Part shown: positions 16,433 through 24,624 of the stretch, piece by piece | How positions within the stretch are numbered: position 1 is the stretch's first letter | Layout: every line of letters starts with the position of its first letter | Virus record (IMG/VR): IMGVR_UViG_3300033562_002188 | Span: 1 to 24,624 of that record | Direction: 5' to 3' (one strand) | Source of the DNA: a virus | Lineage: Duplodnaviria > Caudoviricetes | DNA: 24,624 bases | Notes under the pieces: generated by a model | What the model was told of the DNA's origin: nothing | Databases searched by the model: none | What the model saw: the letters and a program-made list of their open reading frames with translations, nothing else | Made by a program: the position numbers and the translations under genes

Positions 16433-18378
16433 TGTGGGGATTGAAGTACTGGGGAGAATTTGACGACGCCGCTGAAAAGCTTATAAGAGTTGAAATCTCT
16501 TCGCCGGATTATGCCGGAGATGTAAAGGAATTGGAATTTGCTGATGACCCTGTTGTTATTGAACAGACGACGCGTGAACTTTTTGAGCCAATTTTGTCAA
16601 CAATATGCAATCTCCGGATATGGAGCAATGAAAATTTCGAGTACGAAGACCTGTTCCTGTCTTCGCAGCGCAATAATATGGTTGTTGTAAAGCGTGAAAA
16701 TGCAGTAATTTTTAGAGGTTATGTTGAGCCAGGGCTGTATGAAGAGGAGTTTATCGCGCCCCCTTATATAATCTCGCTCAAGGCCACAGATGGCCTTAAA
16801 TCTCTCGAAAATTATAGGTCGGCCTACTTTGGACTGTTCATGAAGAGTAACCTATACGACATTATGAAAAGATGTCTATCTGAAGCATTTGATTTACCCA
16901 TTAATATTTGTTGTAGCATTTTTTCGCGGGATCATGATTCGACTGCAGGGAAAACCTTGTTTGAGCAAAGCTTAATAGATCACGAAGGTCTTGTTGAAAA
17001 TAAAGACGGCGTAGTAGCTATTTTAAGCGCCCTGGAGATCCTTACAAATATTCTTAATGGCTTTGGTTGCCGAATTTATCAAGCAAACGACGAGTGGTTT
17101 ATTGAGCGCATCCGCGATAGAGCCAGGGGTGCAAATACTTTTGTGAGAGTTGACACCTTGGGCGTGTCTTCCATTGTTACGCATTTGGCTTCCGCTGCTC
17201 TCGGCTCAGATTCTGAGGGGTGGTACTCTGAACCAAGTTTGCAGGTTGACACTGGTTGCGCGTCGCTTACTGTTAAGCAAGAAATGGCTGAACCTCTTTC
17301 TTTAATCAGAAATAACTTTTCCGGAGGGCTTACTTATAAGGTGCCCGATTATGCGGATCGTGTTGACCGGGAGAAATGGTTTTATACGAACGAGTATTGT
17401 CACATGGAGCCCTTTTCCGGCCTTTACGGAATATCGCGCGGTATCTCAATGCATCATACAATTGTAGGGAAACTACAAACGCTTTACCAAATAGCAGATT
17501 GTACGGCATACGGTGGTGACACGGTTAATATTAAATTTAAAATAGCTGTATCGGCAGCGGCCGGTCTTGAAAAAATCAAGGCTCGTTTTGCTGTATATAT
17601 CAATAGCTTCAATTTTATTAATGTTGACGGGGAAGTTCTCCGGACCGGCGACGTAGCGGATCATATAGTTGTTAAAGAGTTAGATTATTGGAAAGACTTT
17701 AATGGCGATCTGACGCAGGCGGCAGAGGTGACTCTTGAATCAAAAAAGCTTCCGGCCATTGCCGGAACGCCACAAACAAACACAATTAAAATCATTCTCC
17801 TTCCTGCGCTCGAGGGAGTGACCGGTACAATAGATTATACTCATATTGGAGATTTAGAGGTATCGGTAAATACAACAAAAAAACCGCTAAATACTTTTTC
17901 CGCAAAATCCTCAAAAGGGTTTTGGAAAACAGCAGACGATGTAACATTGCAAATAAACGATGCCCCTGAGTCATCGCTTAATTTCGTGAACAACGGTGTG
18001 CCAGTTGTTTATGATAACTATAGAAATGTTACGAACATCCTTGTATTTGAGCAAACGGTAGACCTGGGCGGTGGAACAGATACATATAAAGTCTTTAAAC
18101 CTCTTACCGGATGGTATGATTCGGCTTCGGAACTTCCCGCCGATGGTAAGCAATTGGCGGAGTTGCTTCTTCAAGATAGATTTTGCCAGGTAATTGATAG
18201 TCGCGCGACAATTGGAGGGGATGTAATCACCGATAAACCGCTCTCCCCTCTTTACTTGTTTTCGATTGACTATCGACCCGGGCTGTACATGTTCTTAGGT
18301 GATAAATGGGATCTACTCTCCGGGACACACTCATTAACTGTTACTCAAGTTTATGATCAAATAATACCGATTGATTAA
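16432..18378 (+). CDS. Tail tip / hub structural protein
   Basis: 648 aa coupled to the tape measure (TAATG); IFRGYVEP, ISLKATDGLKSL, FGCRIYQANDEWFI. Confidence 0.65.
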   Translation: MWGLKYWGEFDDAAEKLIRVEISSPDYAGDVKELEFADDPVVIEQTTRELFEPILSTICNLRIWSNENFEYEDLFLSSQRNNMVVVKRENAVIFRGYVEPGLYEEEFIAPPYIISLKATDGLKSLENYRSAYFGLFMKSNLYDIMKRCLSEAFDLPINICCSIFSRDHDSTAGKTLFEQSLIDHEGLVENKDGVVAILSALEILTNILNGFGCRIYQANDEWFIERIRDRARGANTFVRVDTLGVSSIVTHLASAALGSDSEGWYSEPSLQVDTGCASLTVKQEMAEPLSLIRNNFSGGLTYKVPDYADRVDREKWFYTNEYCHMEPFSGLYGISRGISMHHTIVGKLQTLYQIADCTAYGGDTVNIKFKIAVSAAAGLEKIKARFAVYINSFNFINVDGEVLRTGDVADHIVVKELDYWKDFNGDLTQAAEVTLESKKLPAIAGTPQTNTIKIILLPALEGVTGTIDYTHIGDLEVSVNTTKKPLNTFSAKSSKGFWKTADDVTLQINDAPESSLNFVNNGVPVVYDNYRNVTNILVFEQTVDLGGGTDTYKVFKPLTGWYDSASELPADGKQLAELLLQDRFCQVIDSRATIGGDVITDKPLSPLYLFSIDYRPGLYMFLGDKWDLLSGTHSLTVTQVYDQIIPID

Positions 18379-18379
18379 C

Positions 18380-18718
18380 ATGGGCATTACAATTACAAAA
18401 AGCTATACGTCAAAAGCCAACAGCGCCGGCTCCTCGTCATCTGTGGGGGTCGCGATGTCCGGAGGTGTCAACGATGAATATGTTGTAAAGCTTAAAAAAG
18501 CCCTAGTGTTTGACGAGGAAAACGATGCCCTTTGCACATCCAAAAACTTTTATTCGACAAAATCTTTGTCCGCACTTGGGGCAGATATGGATAAAACAAA
18601 CTTTTTGTCCTTTACAATAAACGAAAATATGGAGCTAATTATGGCGACCGCCGCGGGAATTGATGATTTTACTTTTGAGATAGACGAAAACAAATGTTTG
18701 ATATTAAAAACCTTATAA
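18380..18718 (+). CDS. Small tail-associated protein
   Basis: ATG at 18380; Ser/Gly linker and NFYSTKSLSALG motif; located in the tail module. Confidence 0.55.
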   Translation: MGITITKSYTSKANSAGSSSSVGVAMSGGVNDEYVVKLKKALVFDEENDALCTSKNFYSTKSLSALGADMDKTNFLSFTINENMELIMATAAGIDDFTFEIDENKCLILKTL

Positions 18719-18719
18719 A

Positions 18720-21700
18720 ATGGCAGATACAAATTTAGGTAGAGTAGGTTTTGTTCCAAAGGGTTTGCACAACTCCGGAGCCCCTTATGATATATTAGAC
18801 ACCGTTGTTTATGCAAAAAACGGGTATTGCTGCATTAAGCCTGTTCCTATAGATTCTGGTATCTTGCCAACAAACACAGAATACTTTCAGTTATTAGTAG
18901 AAAAAGGAGACCCGGGGATTCAAGGCCCCGGGGGAACAGGGCCAAAGGGAGACTCATTTACTTACGCCGACTTTACCACAGAGCAGCTCGAAGACATTAC
19001 TTCCGGCATAGCAGCGTTTAAGACTATAATCAGAGGGCAGGAAACGAAAATAGGCACAATAAGGTTGTTTAATCTTGATTATGACCTATATCGAATGATT
19101 GTTGAGATTCCTACCATTCCAACAACTCTAAACGAAGAGACCACATATACGTTGGCGACCATTCCTCTTGGGTTTAATTTATATTTAAAGACGGACTCGC
19201 TTGTGGCCGCACAGGAAGCAGGGGCAGCAACAACAGACTTTTACAATGACTCATATAAAATAAGTAGGCTTTTTGTAGACTCAGATTTATGTACAAAAGT
19301 CACAATTAAGTGCATACAGGCCGTTACAACAACGGTCAAGGCTACAATTCAAGTTGAATACGTTAAAGATTTTGGCGATGTATTAGAGTTAAACGTAACC
19401 GTTCCGGCGGGGATCAACCCTGCGGATGTAAATCTTACTTTTCCGAAATTGAAGTACAATAAAAAAAATGTAGCAACATTTCTGATTGAGGACTCGACTT
19501 CGTGCTGGAACCTATTCTCGGCGATGAATAAAAAGTGGGTTGATAATGAAAAGCTATCTTTTTTTATTCCGGGAGATAGTCGGTCTTTTTTCTTTCATAA
19601 GGGGTTTACTTATGTAATGGGTTCAACTACCTATTATAAAAGCGCAGGACTATACCCAGCAAAGGCTTACGAATATACAGACGGAGCGGGAGTCAAGCAC
19701 AGATACGCTTTTACAATTGACAGTTGGCCTTGGACGATAGAGCAAAGTGCAAACGGATGGGCGTGGTCTCTTGTCAATGCTGATGAAATATCTGTGATGC
19801 AGGACTTCGGTGTATCGACAATTATACACGATATTGAAGGAGTGATAGATCTAACTGACGAGGAGCAAGCCCTTATTACTCAGGCAGAATTTGAGGAATA
19901 TGCCGAAATAGAACAAAACAAGTTAAAAGCACGAATAGGAAGATTCTCTAAGGGCGGTTCAACGGCAGCCGGAAAAGTTGTTTACTTGAAACACCTTGAT
20001 TACGCGAAGACCAACTTCCTTTTGTCTTCCGCCGCTCCTGCTGGAGCTGTGTTTTATAAACCATTTGCGGATGGATCTTCTCCCGATAAGTCTGTCAATC
20101 GACTTAGAGGAAAGGCATGGGTAGGAGAATACAATTTAGTAACTTTTAAAAGCGATATTTTAACTAATGCCGCCGGGGATTTAGCAGACAGAGAGTTTAA
20201 TTTTCTGTTTATTGATAAAGTCTATACAATTGACTCCGATTATCTTGGCTTTTTGTCAGACATAGATGCTGTGATTGGGGAGAGTGGCAATGACTCTTTA
20301 TTATTCGCCTCTGTCGACGAGGTTTATGAATATTGGTTTATGACTAAGTTTGGTCGAGCCTACAAGTCGATAGATGGGCAGAAAATAACCTTTAAAATTC
20401 ACGCACCCTGTAACCATAATTTTTATTTCAAATCGCTTTCTTGCCTACTTTCTGGCATAAGCGCATTAACTGATATTACAGTTACATCGTCAGATAATTG
20501 CAATGGAACATCATTTGGCCTAAGTGAGAATCAATTGCTCGTGAACTTAGATTTTAATACAGACTTACTGAGTAAGGTGGAGAAATACCTTACTATTTTC
20601 GAGGCGCATCCGGCTCAAGAATACGCCTATGATGATGCGTTGTATTTCATCCAGCAGCTAAAGCCCGGAGTAAAGGAGTCTTACGAGGCAAGGCTTAACG
20701 CGTTTGTCTCCGCTCCAACGCTAACAGCTGTTTTAATTAACGCCGGCGCGGCGACAACATCTTCAAATAGTGTTACAGTGGCACTCTCTATAGTAGGAAG
20801 CGCATCACAGATGATGCTTAGCGAAGATGTAAATTTCTCAGGAGCCTCTTGGGTTGCATTTGCAGCAAGTAGCACATTTGTACTCTCTGCCGGCTTTACA
20901 GCCAAGACGATTTATATTCAACTTCGCAATGCATTTGGGGATAGTTCCGTATTAAGCGATAGCATTTCATTTATTGATACTCCCCTCGTTCTTTCAGCAA
21001 TAGTAATTAATGCCGGAGCAAGTATCACAAATACAGATGTCGTGTCACTTGCATTCACATATACCGGTGCACCTACTCAGATGATGCTTAGCGAATCTCC
21101 GGATTTTACCGGCGCGAGTTGGGTTGCGTTCTCAGGAACTCCTTCATTCACATTATCGGCCGGATATGCTGTCAAAACGTTATACGCAAAGCTTCAAAAT
21201 GCCACAACTATTAGTAGCGTTGTAAGCGATTCTATTGAATACGCCTTTGTTGAGGCAGTATCTCTCTCCTCAATCGTGATTAATAGCGGAGCGGAAAGTA
21301 CAGATAATACAGTAATAAGCGTATTGCTTTCTTATACAGGAAGTCCAACGCAGTACAGAATAAGTGAGTCAGCTACATTTGTAGGTGCATCGTGGATTAC
21401 ACTCTCTGGTGCAACAGTGAGCTTTGCTATGTCAGCAGCACTTGGCGCAAAAACAATATATGCGCAAGTTCAGAACACTGGCGGTGTTAGTGCCGTTAGG
21501 AGTGATTCCATAACACTTTTAGCCGGAGCAGTTAAAGCGGTAGTTTCGTTTGCAGGAGCAACAGGAAATGGCGTAATGGTGTATGACACGGCAAACGATG
21601 TTGGCATCACGGTTAATGTTATGCAAGTGATAGCAGTGGCTGGTCAAGCACACAAACCATTAAAGAGTTCTACGGGAGCAGATTTAGCAGGATGGAATTT

Positions 21701-22184
21701 AGTAGCTGACAGAACTTATTATCCAGCGATTACCGATGTTGCGTTAGAGGGGTGCGCTCTGTCATCTTCCTCAGTAGCTCTCGTAACTCAGTCGGGGCCT
21801 TACCCAATTAAGTACTTATTAAAACCGGAATTAATGCCAATGACCGGAGGTACTAATCTCCGTGGTAGAATTGTTTTCACGCTTCCTGTCGGTACCTATA
21901 CATTTAAGATGATAATGAGCGTTAACTCCGCTCAGGCATTGGCAAGTACGGAGCAACCGTATTGCTGGTATAAGGTAGTGGCAAATGGAGTATCGACAAA
22001 TGATGTTCTGGTAGGTGCTACGGGATTTACTGGACTGCTCAATACTGATTTCAACTCGGAGTTGTCATTTACCGTTACAGAGGCAGCTACAGCGAATGTT
22101 GTGTTTTTCGTATGGCACAATAGACCTACCAATATGGGATTTAGACCTGCTGTCAATTTAATCGAAATCTCTAAAACCGCTTAA
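18720..22184 (+). CDS. Large tail fibre / receptor-binding protein with deacetylase-like domain and three Ig-like repeats
   Basis: 1154 aa; N-terminal anchor with short GXY stretch (KGDPGIQGPGGTGPKGDSFTYADFT), central alpha/beta domain, three ~90-aa repeats, beta-rich C-terminus. Confidence 0.7.
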   Translation: MADTNLGRVGFVPKGLHNSGAPYDILDTVVYAKNGYCCIKPVPIDSGILPTNTEYFQLLVEKGDPGIQGPGGTGPKGDSFTYADFTTEQLEDITSGIAAFKTIIRGQETKIGTIRLFNLDYDLYRMIVEIPTIPTTLNEETTYTLATIPLGFNLYLKTDSLVAAQEAGAATTDFYNDSYKISRLFVDSDLCTKVTIKCIQAVTTTVKATIQVEYVKDFGDVLELNVTVPAGINPADVNLTFPKLKYNKKNVATFLIEDSTSCWNLFSAMNKKWVDNEKLSFFIPGDSRSFFFHKGFTYVMGSTTYYKSAGLYPAKAYEYTDGAGVKHRYAFTIDSWPWTIEQSANGWAWSLVNADEISVMQDFGVSTIIHDIEGVIDLTDEEQALITQAEFEEYAEIEQNKLKARIGRFSKGGSTAAGKVVYLKHLDYAKTNFLLSSAAPAGAVFYKPFADGSSPDKSVNRLRGKAWVGEYNLVTFKSDILTNAAGDLADREFNFLFIDKVYTIDSDYLGFLSDIDAVIGESGNDSLLFASVDEVYEYWFMTKFGRAYKSIDGQKITFKIHAPCNHNFYFKSLSCLLSGISALTDITVTSSDNCNGTSFGLSENQLLVNLDFNTDLLSKVEKYLTIFEAHPAQEYAYDDALYFIQQLKPGVKESYEARLNAFVSAPTLTAVLINAGAATTSSNSVTVALSIVGSASQMMLSEDVNFSGASWVAFAASSTFVLSAGFTAKTIYIQLRNAFGDSSVLSDSISFIDTPLVLSAIVINAGASITNTDVVSLAFTYTGAPTQMMLSESPDFTGASWVAFSGTPSFTLSAGYAVKTLYAKLQNATTISSVVSDSIEYAFVEAVSLSSIVINSGAESTDNTVISVLLSYTGSPTQYRISESATFVGASWITLSGATVSFAMSAALGAKTIYAQVQNTGGVSAVRSDSITLLAGAVKAVVSFAGATGNGVMVYDTANDVGITVNVMQVIAVAGQAHKPLKSSTGADLAGWNLVADRTYYPAITDVALEGCALSSSSVALVTQSGPYPIKYLLKPELMPMTGGTNLRGRIVFTLPVGTYTFKMIMSVNSAQALASTEQPYCWYKVVANGVSTNDVLVGATGFTGLLNTDFNSELSFTVTEAATANVVFFVWHNRPTNMGFRPAVNLIEISKTA
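20715..21520 (+). repeat. Three tandem ~270-bp intragenic repeats
   Basis: IN.GA..T...V...SE...F.GASW...KT.Y...N...S.V.SDSI three times; CAGATGATGCTTAGCGAA identical at 20808 and 21078. Confidence 0.9.
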
Positions 22185-22186
22185 TT

Positions 22187-23269
22187 ATGTCATTACCTAC
22201 AGCCAACATATCTATCCATCTTGTGCGGAAAACATTAGGCGCTTACTCCGCCAAGGGGATTATAGGACTATGCCGGAGTGACCTTATAAATAAGTGGTCG
22301 AAGCGTAAGCCTGTGCGGAGTGACAAAATGGGGAGTTTAACAACTGCAGAAATGGCTTCGTGTGACTATGGATTTGACTTTCCTAACAATATGCACAGTG
22401 CAGATACGGCAGAGATATTTGCAGATAGGGATTGGATTTATCTGAAACCGAGGGGAAGTGCGGTAATACCAAATGAATGGCAAAGGATAACGGACTTTAG
22501 CGAATACAACCACGAAGCAGTATCTCCATTTGACTTTTGGATTCGCGCATATAACGCAAGTGAAAACAGTAACGGTAGTATAGTAGTTGATGTTGGAGAG
22601 AGTCAAGACGCTAACTGTGAAATACACTTTGCGGAATTCCCTGTATTTGCTTCAACAGGAGTTTGGGGGGTGCTATACAGGCCACAAGGAGCTACTTACC
22701 CGCCTATATATGTCGGGTGGTCTCAGGACGATCCAGAGCCGCCAACAGATCCGGTAACAGGAAACGCTACATTCAATATTAGTGTGCCCCAAGGAACTTA
22801 TGAGGTGTGTATAGTTATATACAAGACAAATGATATGTTCTACTTAGTGCCAAACTCATTCAGGACAGTTACTGTTGTTGAGAACTCAAATTCCGCGGCG
22901 CTGAAATTACAGGTAATTTTTGGAGGATATTTAGTTACAGGACTTGGAAAAAACAGGGTTTATGCCGGATTCGATTTTGATAATTACGGCATAGCAACCC
23001 GTAGCGTAGTTTACAATGTAACCATAGACGCTTACAACTCAGAGGGAGTGAACAAAGGAGCCATACTAATTACAAGCGGCACGATAGACGTTCCTGTTGG
23101 TACGCTGAGTTTGCCTATTGGAGATATTGAAGACGGATTAGAGAAGTACACAAAAGACGAGGAAGGTAGCGGAGTATCGTATTCTTACTATTTCTCGGTT
23201 GTAGCCGATGAAATGGAGGGTTACAAGATTGAGGCAACAGGGAATATACTCAAGGACAGCCCACCTTAG
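22187..23269 (+). CDS. Tail fibre-associated structural protein
   Basis: 360 aa; N-terminal LC....INKWSKRKPV...R.TDFSEYNHEA motif resembling Bacteroidota phage tail proteins; beta-rich C-terminus. Confidence 0.6.
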   Translation: MSLPTANISIHLVRKTLGAYSAKGIIGLCRSDLINKWSKRKPVRSDKMGSLTTAEMASCDYGFDFPNNMHSADTAEIFADRDWIYLKPRGSAVIPNEWQRITDFSEYNHEAVSPFDFWIRAYNASENSNGSIVVDVGESQDANCEIHFAEFPVFASTGVWGVLYRPQGATYPPIYVGWSQDDPEPPTDPVTGNATFNISVPQGTYEVCIVIYKTNDMFYLVPNSFRTVTVVENSNSAALKLQVIFGGYLVTGLGKNRVYAGFDFDNYGIATRSVVYNVTIDAYNSEGVNKGAILITSGTIDVPVGTLSLPIGDIEDGLEKYTKDEEGSGVSYSYYFSVVADEMEGYKIEATGNILKDSPP

Positions 23270-23284
23270 CGCGTAATGGGGATT

Positions 23285-23419
23285 AAAAAACCCCAACCTC
23301 TACCCGGGAAATTTCTCACTCCCTCCCGGATAATAAAGGTGCCATAACACCACGATTGGGGCAACTGTCCCGACGGTGTTATGGCACCTTCTGTTATTTT
23401 GAGTGAGAGTACAAATATA
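23285..23419. promoter_or_regulatory. Highly structured leader / candidate antisense RNA upstream of the mom-position module
   Basis: Perfect 16-bp inverted repeat 23336-23351/23375-23390, further pairings, and minus-strand TATATTTG at 23412-23419. Confidence 0.6.
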
Positions 23420-23433
23420 AAAAAATATTGAAC

Positions 23434-23559
23434 ATGAAAAGTTTTACTTACAAATCACAATACGGGATTGTGGTAATTTGTTCCGACGAGCAGGAGCAAA
23501 AAAAGGTTTATGAAATGCTCGAAAAACTTGGGCTAAAGCTTAAAGTTGTTGTTGTATGA
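23434..23559 (+). CDS. 41-aa protein coupled to the ABC ATPase (not in ORF track)
   Basis: MKSFTYKSQYGIVVICSDEQEQKKVYEMLEKLGLKLKVVVV*; A-rich leader; ATGA overlap with the next gene. Confidence 0.75.
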   Translation: MKSFTYKSQYGIVVICSDEQEQKKVYEMLEKLGLKLKVVVV

Positions 23560-24110
23560 GAATAGAAATAAATCATCGCTGTAGCGATTTTAACGGCTAT
23601 AGGGCGAACAGGGTTAAGAGCCTGTTTAACGCCGAATCAGGGTGCAACTGGTCGCACGTGGCCGAGCTTCCTTTTGAGGGCTTTGACTGGAAGGTCGGGC
23701 TTATTGTTGGCCCCTCCGGGTCGGGGAAAAGTTCAATCGGCTCCCGCATATTTGAGGGGGTAGATATTTATAACCTTTCCGGCGGGTGGGGTGATGGGCC
23801 TATTATTGATGAAATAGCTCCAGAGGGCCTATTTAACGACGCCACCTCGGCGCTGTCTGCAGTTGGACTCGGCGACGTGCCGGCATGGCTTAGGCCGTTT
23901 AAAGTTCTTTCAAACGGGGAGCAGTTCCGGGCGGGTCTTGCCAGGCTAATTTGCGATAGCCCAAGCCGCGCTGTGGTTGATGAGTTCACAAGCGTTGTGG
24001 ATAGACAAATAGCCAAGGTTGGAGCCGCCGCATTCGCTAAGGTGTGGCGCCCCTGCTTAGGGAAAAGCTATCTACAGAGGATCTTGACGCCTTTAAATAC
24101 GGCGTTTTAG
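23556..24110 (+). pseudogene. ABC-type ATPase, C-terminally truncated
   Basis: Walker A GPSGSGKS, signature LSNGE, Walker B VVDEF; sequence diverges after AAFAKVWR with no switch-His strand. Confidence 0.7.
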
Positions 24111-24415
24111 TGTTTCACCCTTCGCTGCTTCCGCATAGACGCGGGCCAAGCGCCATAAAGCACGCATACTTAGCCGGTGACCCGGTTACGGCCGCCACGT
24201 GGTTTTGGGCCAACAGCAGGCTTGACGCGGGGGATATATGCGAGATGGAGATTGTCAGAATAAATTACTTTAAAACATACGGCCAGTTCTACGAGCAGGA
24301 TATAATACCGGCTCTTTTAAGATCGTTAGAACGGTGTTTAATCGCTATTGAATCGGGTTATATAAGAAGAGTACAGCAGGTTGAAGAGTACGCCTCCTAT
24401 GACCCCAAGATATAG
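24044..24415 (+). pseudogene. Formyltransferase-family protein, probably N-terminally truncated
   Basis: FHPSLLPHRRGPSAI and LDAGDI motifs; only about 20 residues precede HPSLLP. Confidence 0.7.
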
Positions 24416-24424
24416 GCAAATGAA

Positions 24425-24462
24425 GAAGCGGCCCCATTTTAGAGGCCGCTTCATATTTTTTT
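24425..24462 (+). terminator. Intrinsic terminator of the late operon
   Basis: GAAGCGGCC-N10-GGCCGCTTC then ATATTTTTTT. Confidence 0.75.
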
Positions 24463-24508
24463 GTACATTTGGTTTCAGAAATCAGTACATTTCGTTTTTG
24501 CGATTATA
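24463..24508. repeat. Probable prophage right end with transposase-binding direct repeats
   Basis: GTACATTTGGTTT (24463-24475) and GTACATTTCGTTT (24485-24497), 22 bp apart, then TTGCGATTATA. Confidence 0.65.
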
Positions 24509-24623
24509 CTGTAACATAGAAATATCCATCCTCAAATTTTATGTCAGAGCCGGTATTCACAGCTGGAATCTTATTATTTGAGATAGTGTCCGGATAACTG
24601 GAAAAAAGTTCTCCGTTTTTATC
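24504..24623 (-). CDS. Probable host gene fragment ending at the prophage junction
   Basis: Open minus frame DKNGELFSSYPDTISNNKIPAVNTGSDIKFEDGYFYVTV* from the window edge, with its stop inside the putative phage end. Confidence 0.4.
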   Translation of the reverse strand, partial: DKNGELFSSYPDTISNNKIPAVNTGSDIKFEDGYFYVTV

Positions 24624-24624
24624 A

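Larger units (their letters stand above)
1..24508. mobile_element. Mu-like transposable prophage (right part; left end and transposase lie outside the window)
   Basis: Mu-type gene set (DUF3164-like, gp27/28-like terminase, gp29 portal, gpF, gpG, gp36, gp37, protease/scaffold), non-contractile tail genes, mom-position module and terminal direct repeats at 24463-24497. Confidence 0.88.

Noticed and set aside
20715-21520. Tandem repeats as CRISPR array or VR/TR pair
   Set aside because: In-frame protein domain repeats with mismatches at all bases and no spacer structure.
22110-22184. Tail fibre C-terminus ...NMGFRPAV looks like a C-type lectin VR end (second DGR target)
   Set aside because: The DNA does not match the TR at non-adenine positions; no second VR was found by eye in the window.
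23556-24110. ABC transporter subunit
   Set aside because: No permease or binding protein nearby; the context is the phage terminal modification locus.
24381-24581. 66-aa plus-strand ORF
   Set aside because: Spans the terminator and the putative prophage-host junction; likely spurious.

Overview
Right-hand ~24.5 kb of a Mu-like (transposable) siphovirus-type prophage, probably from a Bacteroidota host (inferred from TAnnTTTG promoter boxes and gene families). The window opens with a compact diversity-generating retroelement (DGR): the 3' end of a target gene with a variable repeat (7-82), a template repeat (189-264) differing only at adenines, and a reverse transcriptase carrying an in-frame ~105-aa C-terminal extension; no avd gene is visible in the window. 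Three small middle genes follow. A leftward packaging/head-completion operon (terS, terL, gp36-like, portal, gpF, gpG-like, gp37-like) and a rightward operon (protease/scaffold, capsid, lysis cassette, tail tube, chaperones, tape measure, tail tip, fibres) diverge from a symmetric control region. A mom-position module (small ORF, ABC ATPase, formyltransferase) looks broken by an internal deletion, and the probable right end of the prophage lies near 24508. Most notable: the DGR on a non-tail gene with a fused RT extension, a predicted -1 frameshift fusing portal to a gpF that ends in a toxin-like domain, and three candidate antisense small RNAs. All family calls are by motif recognition by eye, not database search.
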